Origin: Anaerolineaceae bacterium 4572_78
Lineage (GTDB): Bacteria; Chloroflexota; Anaerolineae; 4572-78
DNA length: 37,711 bases
Assembly: GCA_002084875.1 (NCBI GenBank)
Contig: NBMH01000001.1
Location: forward strand, 1-37,711
Direction: 5' to 3'
In this document: positions 1 to 8,926 of the stretch, in pieces
How positions within the stretch are numbered: position 1 is the first letter of the stretch
How the letters are laid out: each line of letters starts with the position of its first letter
The notes under the pieces: generated by a model
What the model was told of the DNA's origin: nothing
The model's input: the letters and a program-made list of their open reading frames with translations, nothing else
Databases searched by the model: none
Program-made: the position numbers and the translations under genes

Positions 1-242
1 ATTTCGTACCTCAATCTTATCCATGGGGTATTGTTTTTAACAGAATATGTAGAGATTTATGGTATAAATCCTACACGATGATAAGACATGTGTCCCATAT
101 TCCTGCCATGTTCTACCTGAAAAAATAGCATTGAACAGCTCTGAATAGTAAGGGCGTACGCCCGTACGCCCTTACAACTGGCATTGAACAGCCCTGGTAG
201 GGTGAACGGTTACGTTCCGTTTTACGGATTGTTTTCCTGAAT

Positions 243-271
243 TTGTTAAAAAATTGAGATTGATATATAAT
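243..271 (+). promoter_or_regulatory. Putative sigma70-type promoter upstream of the DprE1-like gene (-35 TTGTTA at 243-248; -10 TATATAAT at 264-271)
   Basis: TTGTTA, a 15-17-nt spacer and TATATAAT lie about 25 nt upstream of the ATG at 300. The hexamer match is visual only. Confidence 0.3.
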
Positions 272-299
272 GGCAATAATTTTGACATAATCAACATGG

Positions 300-1560
300 A
301 TGAACAAAAAAATGAAACGATACGAATCATGGGGAAAATACCCCACTGCACATCATAAAATTTACCCGCTTCAATGGCGAACCGATAAATTAGACATGGC
401 AACATTTGATAGAACGGTTTTGCCATTCGGACAGGGACGTAGTTATGGCGATAGCTGTTTGAATGATGGAGGAATCCTGCTCGATACTGAAGGATTAAAT
501 CGCCTAATTTCTTTCGACAGAGAAAAAGGTATCTTGCGATGCGAAGCAGGTTTAACGCTGGACAAAATTTTGGAATTGATTGTTCCACAAGGTTGGTTTT
601 TTCCTGTAACTCCTGGCACAAAATATGTTTCAGTTGGAGGGTGTATTGCTAATGATGTACATGGCAAAACACACCATCGGGAAGGTACGTTTGGGCATCA
701 TGTTTCATGCTTTGAGTTGATGCGTTCTAACGGTGAGCGATTGCTATGCTCCCCGACCGAAAATGAGGAGTTGTTTAGGGCAACAATTGGCGGACTAGGC
801 TTGACAGGATTAATCACTTGGGCAGAATTAACTCTAAAGCCCATCAAGAGTCCCTTCATTCGCATGGAAAGCATCAAGTTTGAAAACCTTGATAAATTTT
901 TTGAGGTTTCGGCAGAATCGGATGAAAAATTTGAGGCAACCATGGCTTGGGTAGATTGTCTTTCTCAAGGTGAGTCATTGGGACGAGGCATATTCATGGG
1001 CGGCAATTTTGCTGAACCTCCCTTTGACAAAACCCCCACTGGTCGCAGTAAAACATTATTTACTGTTCCCATAAATGCCCCAAATTTTGCCCTGAACACC
1101 TTAACCAGTCGAGCTTTTAATTATTTGTACTACAACAAACAACGAATAAAAATCCAAAGAAGTTTGCTCTATTATGAACCGTTTTTCTTTTGTTGTGCCG
1201 TATACAGATTATAATGCTATTCGCACCATTTTCCAAAAGATTGCCGAGTCAGGCTTGGGGTCATTTCTGGCAGTGCTAAAAACGTTCGGAGATATTCCAT
1301 CGTTGGGCATAATGTCTTTTCCACGTCAGGGAGTCAATTTAGCTCTTGATTTTCCTAATGACGGGACTAAAACATTTAACCTTTTGGAACAGCTCGACCA
1401 AATTGTTAAGGCAAATAATGGTTTGGTCTATCCTGCTAAAGATGCCCGCATGTCCGCTGATAGCTTTCAGTCATTTTATCCGCAATGGCATGAATTTGCC
1501 AAATATATTGACCCTAAGTTTTCATCTAGTTTTTGGCGGAGAGTAACAGTAAGCAAGTAG
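300..1560 (+). CDS. dprE1: FAD-binding oxidoreductase, DprE1-like (decaprenylphosphoryl-beta-D-ribose 2'-oxidase family); reading frame interrupted at a T5 run (1182-1186), so the ORF track splits it into 300..1214 and 1174..1560
   Basis: The N-terminus has the ESWGKYP motif typical of DprE1 (mycobacterial LTGWGRTAP). The protein aligns along its length to the FAD-linked oxidase family (VSVGGCIANDVHGK). The second ORF, FSFVVPYTDYNAIRTIFQKIAESGLGSFLAVLKTFGD..., matches the DprE1 C-terminus (FLQYQFVIP...SFLNVFKLFG). Deleting one T from the T5 run would fuse the two frames into ...YYEPFSFVVPY... Confidence 0.6.
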
Positions 1561-1622
1561 GTTGGGCATTTGCCCGCCTGCTAAACAAACAGGATGTCCG
1601 TTCTATATGAGGAGATATAACA

Positions 1623-2360
1623 ATGCACAAGATTTTAATTATCGGAGCCACTTCAGCAATTGCACAAGCTACAGCCACATATTTTGCAGCCGATGGTAAC
1701 ATGTTCTTCTTAGTAGCTCGTAATCAAGACCGATTACAAATAGTAACAGATGACTTGAAAGCACGAGGAGCAAATCAGGTCAGTTTTACGGCTATGGATG
1801 TTAATGAATTTGACCGCCATGAGCCTGTTATCCAAGAAGCTACCGAATCTATGCATGGCTTGAATATGGTGCTAATCGCACATGGCACGTTAGGTGACCA
1901 AAAAGTTGGGGAAAAAGATTATCATGTAGCAGAAGAGGAATTAAAAACAAATCTGTTAAGCACAATATCACTTTGTACAATTTTGGCTAATCAGTTTGAA
2001 TCCCAACGACATGGTACTTTAGCCGTAATCACCTCTGTGGCTGGGGATAGAGGTCGTCAGAGCAATTATATTTATGGTACTGCTCAAGGAGCAAAAAGCA
2101 TTTTCTTGCAAGGGCTACGCAACCGTCTAAGCCATGCGGGTGTTCAGGTGCTGACCATCAAGCCAGGTTTCATTGACACGCCCATGACAGCTCATCTGAA
2201 AAAAGGATTGCTTTTTGTTAAACCCGAAGTGGCGGGCAAAGCAATCTATCATGCAATTATCAAAAATAAAGATATTGCTTATGTACCTTCGTTTTGGTGG
2301 TTTATTATGACGGTAATTAAGTTGATACCCGAAGGAATTTTTAAGCGATTACGATTGTGA
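1623..2360 (+). CDS. dprE2: Short-chain dehydrogenase, DprE2-like (decaprenylphospho-D-erythro-pentofuranosid-2-ulose 2-reductase family)
   Basis: It has the Rossmann motif IIGATSAIAQA and the YGTAQGAK active-site Tyr/Lys. The C-terminus (IKPGFIDTPMTAHLKKG...KLIPEGIFKRLRL) is near-colinear with mycobacterial DprE2 (IRPGQVRTRMSAHLKEAP...RHIPRSIFRKLPI). It sits immediately downstream of the DprE1-like gene. Confidence 0.8.
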   Translation: MHKILIIGATSAIAQATATYFAADGNMFFLVARNQDRLQIVTDDLKARGANQVSFTAMDVNEFDRHEPVIQEATESMHGLNMVLIAHGTLGDQKVGEKDYHVAEEELKTNLLSTISLCTILANQFESQRHGTLAVITSVAGDRGRQSNYIYGTAQGAKSIFLQGLRNRLSHAGVQVLTIKPGFIDTPMTAHLKKGLLFVKPEVAGKAIYHAIIKNKDIAYVPSFWWFIMTVIKLIPEGIFKRLRL

Positions 2361-2376
2361 GGTATTGCGGTTGAAT

Positions 2377-3159
2377 TCATAAAATAACCTGTACTAATAG
2401 CATCAAACAAAACCCTATCACAAACGCCCATGCAATTTCTACCGGGCTTTTATCTTCAAGTGCTTCAGGGATGAGTTCCATGATTATCAAAAATATCATT
2501 GCCCCAGCGGCAAAACCTAAAAATGGGAGCATCAATGGTTTGAATAACCACACCAAAATACTTGCGGGAACGGCGGCAATTGGTTGAGGGAGGCTAGTGA
2601 GGAATGCCATGAAAAAGCAGTACATAATGCTTGCTCCTTTACTCCTCAAGGGAATAGAAATGGCTAATCCTTCGGGAATGTTATGGATGGCAATTGCCAG
2701 TGCGATATAATTCCCTAGATTTTCTGCACCAGCAATATGAGTTCCTGAAGCATAACCCACACCAACAGCAACACCTTCAGGGATACTGTGAAAGCTCATG
2801 GCAACGAAAATTAGAATTTCTGTTCGGTTGCCGATTTTGTTGAGGAATGAGTTTTCAAGTCGTTCGGGTGTTAAACTAACATTAACCGCCCATAAAAAAG
2901 CCGCCCCCAAAAGAATACCAATTAAAACAAGCGTTACTTGTTCAAAACTGGTATAGTCATTTTGCCCAAGTGTTAAGCCTGGTAAAATCAAGTTGTAAAC
3001 GGAAGCAGAAAACATCAACCCACCAGCAAAACCATAACCCAAACCCATATTTTTTTGGATATTTAGTCGTTTTATCAGTAATGGGAATGCTCCGCATCCA
3101 CAGGCGATACTTGCTAGAATGCCTGCAACCGTGGTTTCAACAAGAAAATCATATTTCAT
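2377..3159 (-). CDS. ZIP-family divalent metal (zinc) transporter, ZupT-like
   Basis: It is multi-pass hydrophobic and carries the two HNIPEG/HSIPEG ZIP signature motifs. The start is trimmed to ATG at 3159 (MKYDF...), preceded by GTGAGGTAATT with a GAGGT Shine-Dalgarno. The longer track ORF begins at 3225 without an RBS. Confidence 0.75.
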   Translation of the reverse strand: MKYDFLVETTVAGILASIACGCGAFPLLIKRLNIQKNMGLGYGFAGGLMFSASVYNLILPGLTLGQNDYTSFEQVTLVLIGILLGAAFLWAVNVSLTPERLENSFLNKIGNRTEILIFVAMSFHSIPEGVAVGVGYASGTHIAGAENLGNYIALAIAIHNIPEGLAISIPLRSKGASIMYCFFMAFLTSLPQPIAAVPASILVWLFKPLMLPFLGFAAGAMIFLIIMELIPEALEDKSPVEIAWAFVIGFCLMLLVQVIL

Positions 3160-3308
3160 AATTACCTCACTATTCGCATGGTAGTATAGCTGAATAGCAT
3201 GATTTGGCAAATTTACAAAGCACAAAGCAAATTTGCTAAATCCTACAAAATATGTATTATGTAGAAAAGATGAATATGAGTCCTTGACTCATATAAGGTA
3301 ATAGTCAA

Positions 3309-3337
3309 ACAAGAAAGGTTTTTAAAACCTTTCTTAT
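3309..3337. repeat. Copy 1 of a dispersed palindromic element (consensus GACAAGAAAGGTTTTTAAAACCTTTCTTGTC)
   Basis: This is a near-perfect inverted repeat AAGAAAGGTTTTT/AAAACCTTTCTT in the divergent intergenic region between the ZIP gene and the GT4 gene. The same unit recurs at 6156-6188 and 22760-22790, each preceded by tAGTCa. Confidence 0.7.
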
Positions 3338-3369
3338 TTTAACCATAATAGGTTCTAGTTAGACATACC

Positions 3370-4500
3370 ATGAAAATATTACATATCTACAAAGATTACT
3401 ACCCCATCAAAGGTGGAATTGAAAACATGCTAAAGTGGGTGGCAGAGGCTCAAGCTGAACTGGGGCATGATGTCACCGTGTTAGTTGCAAGCCTAAATCG
3501 TCAAGAACAGATTGACATGCAACAAGGTGTGCGAGTCCATAAAGTTCCCCGTTTGGCAACTGTTGCCTCCACCCCAATTACACCTACATTACCATTTGCA
3601 ATTCGTCGCTATAAGCCTGACATTGCCCATGTGCATAGCCCTTATCCGCCCGGTGAATTGTTCAATTATTTATTTGGCAGGGCAAAATTTTCGGTGATGA
3701 CTTATCATTCTGATGTTGTTCGGCAACAAACTCTTTTGAAATTTTATAAGCCATTGTTCAAAAGGGTGCTTAATCGGATTGATGTTATCATGCCTACCAG
3801 TGCCAACTATATCGAAAGTTCTTCGTTCATTCGCTCTCATAAGCATAAATGTCGGGTTGTGCCATTGGGCATTGATTTGTGTCGATTCGATACGCCGCCT
3901 TCAGCATTGGCACAAACGCTTAAGGAAATACATGGCTCGCCGTTGGTGTTGTTTGTGGGGCGTTTGCGTTACTATAAAGGAATCGATACCTTAATTGATG
4001 CTATGTCGCATGTCAACAAAGGAAAGGCATTGATTGTTGGTGACGGACCCTTGCGTGCTGAATTAGAGGCACATGTTAATCGTCTTAATTTAAGTGGTCA
4101 TGTTCATTTTGCGGGAGATGTGTCTAATGACGATTTGCCTGCTTATTTTCAGGCGGCAGATTGTTTTGTGTTGCCCTCCAATTCACGGGCGGAAGCCTTT
4201 GGCATTGTTTTGCTTGAGGCGATGGCATCAGGTTTGCCATGTATCAGTACTGAATTGGAAACAGGAACTTCATGGGTAGTGCAGGATGGGATTACGGGCT
4301 TTGTTGTTCCTCCACAAAATTCATCGGAACTTGCTCAAGCAATTAACACCATGCTTGGTGACAATGTCCTTCGTCGAAAAATGGCTCAGGCAAGTTTAAA
4401 ACGAGTGCATGCTAATTTTTCAAAAGAAAAAATGGTGAATAATATTATGCAAATTTACGAAGAATTACTGAAAGGAGTTTATTATGCGAAAAAAAATTAA
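3370..4500 (+). CDS. Glycosyltransferase, family 4 (GT-B fold, GT1 superfamily)
   Basis: The N-terminus MKILHIYKDYYPIKGGIENM is typical of GT4. The C-terminal half has the E-x7-E region (FVLPS...EAFGIVLLEAMASGLPCIST). Confidence 0.8.
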   Translation: MKILHIYKDYYPIKGGIENMLKWVAEAQAELGHDVTVLVASLNRQEQIDMQQGVRVHKVPRLATVASTPITPTLPFAIRRYKPDIAHVHSPYPPGELFNYLFGRAKFSVMTYHSDVVRQQTLLKFYKPLFKRVLNRIDVIMPTSANYIESSSFIRSHKHKCRVVPLGIDLCRFDTPPSALAQTLKEIHGSPLVLFVGRLRYYKGIDTLIDAMSHVNKGKALIVGDGPLRAELEAHVNRLNLSGHVHFAGDVSNDDLPAYFQAADCFVLPSNSRAEAFGIVLLEAMASGLPCISTELETGTSWVVQDGITGFVVPPQNSSELAQAINTMLGDNVLRRKMAQASLKRVHANFSKEKMVNNIMQIYEELLKGVYYAKKN

Positions 4501-6145
4501 CGATAATACAGGAGCAAGTCAAATGAAACAAACTTATGATTTTGATTTTATTGTAATTGGTTCGGGCTTTGGTGGAAGCGTCTCCGCACACCGTTTGACG
4601 GAGAAAGGCTATAAGGTTGGTGTCATAGAAAAAGGGAAACGATATCGCCCTAAGGATTTCCCGAAAACAAATTGGCACTTGAAAAAATTTCTCTGGTTTC
4701 CACAATTAAGCCTACATGGTTTTTTTCAAATGACTCTATTTAGTCATGTGTGGATTTTGACAGGAGTAGGCGTAGGTGGTGGTTCATTGGTCTATGCCTG
4801 TACTTCGTTACAACCTCCCGATACGATTTGGCATGACCACCGCTGGGCAAAATTAAATGATTGGGTAAATGTGATGCCCACATTTTTCGACGAATCTCGA
4901 CGAATGTTAGGCGTAAAAACTAACACCTATTTCGGCAGGGCTGATAAAATTTTACAAAAAGCTGCCGAAAATATCGGACGGGGAGATACCTATTATCCTA
5001 CTGAAGTCGCCGTTTATTTTGGTGAAAATGGAAAAGTTGTTCCTGACCCATATTTTGATGGTGAGGGTCCCGCTCGCACAGGGTGTAAACTTTGCGGCGG
5101 GTGCATGATTGGCTGTCGGAATGGGGCAAAAAATACATTGGATAGAAATTATCTCTACCTTGCCGAAAAGCATGGAACTAAGATTATTCCTGAAACGAGA
5201 GTGGTTAGTATTAAACCGCTCAATGGCTCAACTGATGGCAGTGATGGCTACGAAATTCATACCGTTAGTTCTACTCGGCTTTTTGGAAAAGAACGAAAAG
5301 TTTATCGTTCACGAGGAGTTGTCTTTTCAGGTGGTGTATTAGGGACAGTCAAATTAATGCTTGACATGAAGGAAAACGGTTCCATGCCATATCTGAGTGA
5401 CCAAGTGGGTGAGTATGTCCGCACCAATTCTGAATCAATCATCGGGATACAAATGGATGATGAAGGAATTGATGTTACTGATGGCATCGCCATTGGTTCG
5501 GGATTTTATTTGGATGACCATACTCATATTGAAGCGGTGCGTTATCCAAAAGGCTCTGATTCCATATCACTTGTCACGACATTGCTCACAGGTGGTAAAC
5601 TTGGGTCTTCACGCATTTTGTCATGGCTGAAGGTGATAGCACTCAATCCGATTAAATTTTTAAGGACACTAATTCCATTTGATTTTGCTAAAACTAACGT
5701 GATGTTGTTAGTCATGCAAACTATTGATAATCATATAAGGATGCGGCTCAAAAAATCATGGTATTCCCCATTTACAAAAACATTAGAGACAGTGGGAGCA
5801 AACATCCCAACTTATATTCCCCAAGCAAATCAATTTGCTGAAAAAATGGGACATGACTTGAATGGCACCCCCAAAACATCCCTCGCAGAAATATTTATGA
5901 ATGTGCCCACCACAGCTCATATCTTAGGTGGGGCAATCATGGGAGCAAATCCGAATGAGGGTGTCACTGATAATAAGAGTCGTATCTTTAATTATAAAAA
6001 CATGTATGTTTGCGATGGGAGTATGATTGGAGCAAATTTGGGGGTCAATCCAAGTTTAACCATCACTGCCCTAAGCGAATATGTCATGGATAATGTTCAA
6101 TCGGCTGATGAAACCGATTGGAATGAAATAGGACAAACACTTTAA
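4484..6145 (+). CDS. GMC-family FAD-dependent oxidoreductase (cholesterol oxidase / alcohol oxidase-like)
   Basis: An N-terminal FAD dinucleotide-binding motif DFIVIGSGFGGSVSAHRL is followed by a C-terminal GMC region (HILGGAIMG...NMYVCDGSMIGANLGVNPSLTITAL). The RBS AAGGAG sits 6 nt before the ATG at 4484. The start overlaps the GT4 stop by 17 nt, suggesting translational coupling. Confidence 0.75.
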   Translation: MRKKINDNTGASQMKQTYDFDFIVIGSGFGGSVSAHRLTEKGYKVGVIEKGKRYRPKDFPKTNWHLKKFLWFPQLSLHGFFQMTLFSHVWILTGVGVGGGSLVYACTSLQPPDTIWHDHRWAKLNDWVNVMPTFFDESRRMLGVKTNTYFGRADKILQKAAENIGRGDTYYPTEVAVYFGENGKVVPDPYFDGEGPARTGCKLCGGCMIGCRNGAKNTLDRNYLYLAEKHGTKIIPETRVVSIKPLNGSTDGSDGYEIHTVSSTRLFGKERKVYRSRGVVFSGGVLGTVKLMLDMKENGSMPYLSDQVGEYVRTNSESIIGIQMDDEGIDVTDGIAIGSGFYLDDHTHIEAVRYPKGSDSISLVTTLLTGGKLGSSRILSWLKVIALNPIKFLRTLIPFDFAKTNVMLLVMQTIDNHIRMRLKKSWYSPFTKTLETVGANIPTYIPQANQFAEKMGHDLNGTPKTSLAEIFMNVPTTAHILGGAIMGANPNEGVTDNKSRIFNYKNMYVCDGSMIGANLGVNPSLTITALSEYVMDNVQSADETDWNEIGQTL

Positions 6146-6155
6146 TCACATAGTC

Positions 6156-6188
6156 AGACAAGAAAGGTTTTTAAAAACCTGTGTTGTC
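6156..6188. repeat. Copy 2 of the palindromic element (GACAAGAAAGGTTTTTAAAAACCTGTGTTGTC), between the GMC oxidoreductase and the ALDH gene
   Basis: It is an imperfect inverted repeat of the same unit as at 3309-3337 and 22760-22790. It may also act as an intercistronic hairpin. Confidence 0.65.
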
Positions 6189-6206
6189 TTTAAGAAAAGG
6201 AGAAAA

Positions 6207-7811
6207 ATGACAGATAAAAAAATACTTACCTGCATCAATCCCGCTACAGGGGAAAAATTTGATGAGATAACAATGGCGACAGCCGAAGATGTCGCTACCG
6301 CATACAAAGACATGCGGCGGGCTAAAACGATATGGCAACAAAAATCGGTACATGAGCGGGTTCGCATCTTACGACAATTTCAATCGGTCATGGTCGATGC
6401 CCTCGACGAAATTACTTCGGTTATCAACCAGGACTGTGGCAAAAGTCGGCAGGATGCACTTTTAGAAGTTTTCGTTACTCTCGATTTACTTCGAGAATAT
6501 TGTAACCATGCCCCGAAATGGTTAGCACGAGAATATGTCCCATCGGGCTTACAATTTTTCAAGCGAGGCTATATTGAACATCGTCCTTACGGTGTGGTTT
6601 TGATTATAGCTCCATGGAATTATCCTTTTAATTTAGCTTTAGCACCAGTGTTATCAGCCTTATTTGCGGGAAATACGGTTTTGCTCAAATCATCAAAAAC
6701 GACAGCCGCCACAGGTAAATTAATTGAATCGCTATTCAAACGTGTTCCCGAGTTGGAGCCGTTTATTCGGATAGTGCATGGCGATAGTTCGGTGGGAAGG
6801 ATGTTAGTGAAGTCTGCCCCTGACCATATTTTTTTAACGGGGTCGGGTGCCACTGCCAGCAAAATTTTGCATGATGCGGCTGATAATTTAACTCCTGTAA
6901 CTTGTGAGCTCGGCGGCAAAGATGCCATGATTGTGCTTGATGATGCCGATGTAGAAAAAGCGGCAAAATGGGGCGTATGGGGAGCATTTTTCAATGCAGG
7001 ACAAACTTGCATGTCAGTGGAACGGGTTTATGTACATGCGTCCATTTACGATGAATTTGTCTGGCATGTTGTGGCTGAAACTGAATCCATCCAAATGGGC
7101 TATCATAAGGAAATGGTCAATTTTTGCCTTATTGGCTCCATGACCACATCTGAACAAGTCGACTTGGTCGAAGAACATTTAGCCGATGCTGTGGCGAAAG
7201 GTGCTAAAATTTTAGCGGGCGGCAGGCGACAAGACAATTTCTTTGAGCCGACGATTTTGGTTGATGTTGACCACACTATGAAGGTCATGCAAGAAGAGTC
7301 ATTTGGTCCATTCATACCGATAATGAAAGTGTCTGATGAGGCTGAAGCAATTCGGCTGGCAAATGATAGTATTTATGGATTGAGTGCTATCGTGTGGGGC
7401 AAAGATATTAAGCGAGCAGAACGAGTTGGGCATTATTTGGAAGCAGGTACTGTTATTATTAATGATGTCCTTGTTCATTTCGGGAATCCACTGTTGCCTT
7501 TTGGTGGAGTCAAGGAATCAGGAAATGGTCGTTCACATGGTAGAGCGGGCTTACTTGGGTTTACGGAACCACATTCCTACATGATAGGTAATCCACCTTA
7601 TTCATTTGACATTGCTACGATGTTACGTGAACCCGGCCAATATCATGCTAATTCAGCCATTTTACATCTGATTTTCGGTACATCGCCCAAGCAAAAATTG
7701 AGACCAATTTTGAAAGATAAGGAAACTATCAGTAAGGCAGTAAAACTGACCATGCTTGGTACTACACTAGGAATTGGTTTTAAGTGGTTGTGGCATGTGA
7801 TGAAAAGGTAA
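6207..7811 (+). CDS. Aldehyde dehydrogenase family protein with an extra ~60-aa hydrophobic C-terminal tail
   Basis: It has the ALDH signatures ELGGKDA and FFNAGQTCMSVERVYV (catalytic Cys), plus the glycine motif GSGATAS. The RBS AAAAGGAGAAAAATG is good. The C-terminal tail ...TMLGTTLGIGFKWLWHVMKR lies beyond the usual ALDH end. Confidence 0.8.
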   Translation: MTDKKILTCINPATGEKFDEITMATAEDVATAYKDMRRAKTIWQQKSVHERVRILRQFQSVMVDALDEITSVINQDCGKSRQDALLEVFVTLDLLREYCNHAPKWLAREYVPSGLQFFKRGYIEHRPYGVVLIIAPWNYPFNLALAPVLSALFAGNTVLLKSSKTTAATGKLIESLFKRVPELEPFIRIVHGDSSVGRMLVKSAPDHIFLTGSGATASKILHDAADNLTPVTCELGGKDAMIVLDDADVEKAAKWGVWGAFFNAGQTCMSVERVYVHASIYDEFVWHVVAETESIQMGYHKEMVNFCLIGSMTTSEQVDLVEEHLADAVAKGAKILAGGRRQDNFFEPTILVDVDHTMKVMQEESFGPFIPIMKVSDEAEAIRLANDSIYGLSAIVWGKDIKRAERVGHYLEAGTVIINDVLVHFGNPLLPFGGVKESGNGRSHGRAGLLGFTEPHSYMIGNPPYSFDIATMLREPGQYHANSAILHLIFGTSPKQKLRPILKDKETISKAVKLTMLGTTLGIGFKWLWHVMKR

Positions 7812-7908
7812 ATGTGTTGGATGGGTAGACCTGTCAGGTCTGAATCCAATATGACTTATGAAAAATTCATAGATTTGTTGAAGGATAAATATAGAAAGGA
7901 AAACACAA

Positions 7909-8679
7909 ATGAAATTATCAGGCAAAATTGTAATACTGACAGGTGCCAGTCAAGGAATAGGTAAGGCAGCCGCTTATAAATTTGCTCAAGCTGGTTGTAA
8001 AGTGGCGTTGGTAGCTCGTTCGGCAAAGATGCTGACCGAAATTGTCAAGGATATAGGAGAGAACCATGCTCTAGCTATTCCTGCCGATGTCAGTCAAAAA
8101 GAAGATTGTAAAAAAATTGTTGAAAAAACAATAGAACACTACGGTAAAGTAGATGTGTTGATAAATAATGCTGGAGTGGGGCTTTATCAACCAATGGAGT
8201 CTGTTTTGTTATCGGATATAAACACGGTAATGAACGTCAATTTTATAGGGGTGATTCAGTTAAGTCAAGCCGTTATTCCAAAGATGAGGACACATGGCGG
8301 GGGACTGATTATTAATGTTGCCTCTATCATTGGTAAGCGAGGTTTTCCAAACATGGGTATTTACTGTGCTAGTAAAGCCGCCCTAGAACGAATGACCGAA
8401 TCATGGCGGGTTGAGCAGGAGAAGGATAATATTCGTTTTAGCATGTGCTATCCTGGTATAACTCAAACTAATTTCCAGAAAAACACGTTGGGTATACCTC
8501 CTACCGACCAATTTAACCAGCTCGCAGGTGTTTCAGCTGAGCGTGTCGCATGGCAGATTGTTCAAACTGCTAGACGTGAATCTCGCGACGCTTATGTGAC
8601 GTTATTTGATAAAATGTTTATTTTGGGAACGAAGCATGTTCCTCATTTATTCGATATGATTTTTCGGCGGTATTCGTAG
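7909..8679 (+). CDS. SDR-family NAD(P)-dependent oxidoreductase
   Basis: It has the TGASQGIGKAAA Rossmann motif, NNAG, and the YCASKAA catalytic Tyr-x3-Lys. An AGGAAA-type RBS is present. Confidence 0.8.
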   Translation: MKLSGKIVILTGASQGIGKAAAYKFAQAGCKVALVARSAKMLTEIVKDIGENHALAIPADVSQKEDCKKIVEKTIEHYGKVDVLINNAGVGLYQPMESVLLSDINTVMNVNFIGVIQLSQAVIPKMRTHGGGLIINVASIIGKRGFPNMGIYCASKAALERMTESWRVEQEKDNIRFSMCYPGITQTNFQKNTLGIPPTDQFNQLAGVSAERVAWQIVQTARRESRDAYVTLFDKMFILGTKHVPHLFDMIFRRYS

Positions 8680-8926
8680 CCGCTCCCCCATCTCTAACTA
8701 GTTGTAGGGGCGGCCATACGCCCTTACTATTAGGGTTGTTCAAAGCTTGCTTTGACATGAAAAAGCAAGCTTTTTCGCTCCATTGTGCGACCACATGGTT
8801 GAAAATCATGTCGAAAAATATCCCAAGCCATGTTTTTTATTTAGCATTAAACAGCCCTACCACCTCTAACCCCTCCCCACATGGAGAGGGATTAGGGGGC
8901 GTGGAGGTGAACTGTTTGGCTATGGA
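8680..8926. repeat. Composite intergenic repeat region between convergent genes. It contains a GGGCG/CGCCC palindrome, the hairpin AAAGCTTGCTTT-gacatgaa-AAAGCAAGCTTT, a GCATTAAACAGCCC box and a G-rich tail ending GGAGGTGAAC
   Basis: Modules of this region recur at 100-215, 14620-14730, 18031-18056, 19262-19312, 24283-24362, 28735-28862 and 35641-35660. The copy at 28745-28860 is collinear with this one, except for a 33-nt insertion here (ttgtgcgaccacatggttgaaaatcatgtcgaa). Confidence 0.7.

Noticed and set aside
113-621. Two minus-strand ORFs (77 and 149 aa) at the window start
   Set aside because: They lie over the intergenic repeat modules and the 5' end of the DprE1-like gene on the opposite strand. 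They have no RBS and a low-complexity composition.
6146-6367. Small minus-strand ORFs (60-73 aa) overlapping the ALDH 5' region and the palindromic element
   Set aside because: They are embedded antisense in a well-supported ALDH gene and its upstream hairpin, with no coding signal.
8680-8926. Possibility that the intergenic direct repeats are a CRISPR array
   Set aside because: The repeats are dispersed single copies kilobases apart, not short regularly spaced direct repeats with unique spacers. No cas genes are present in the window.
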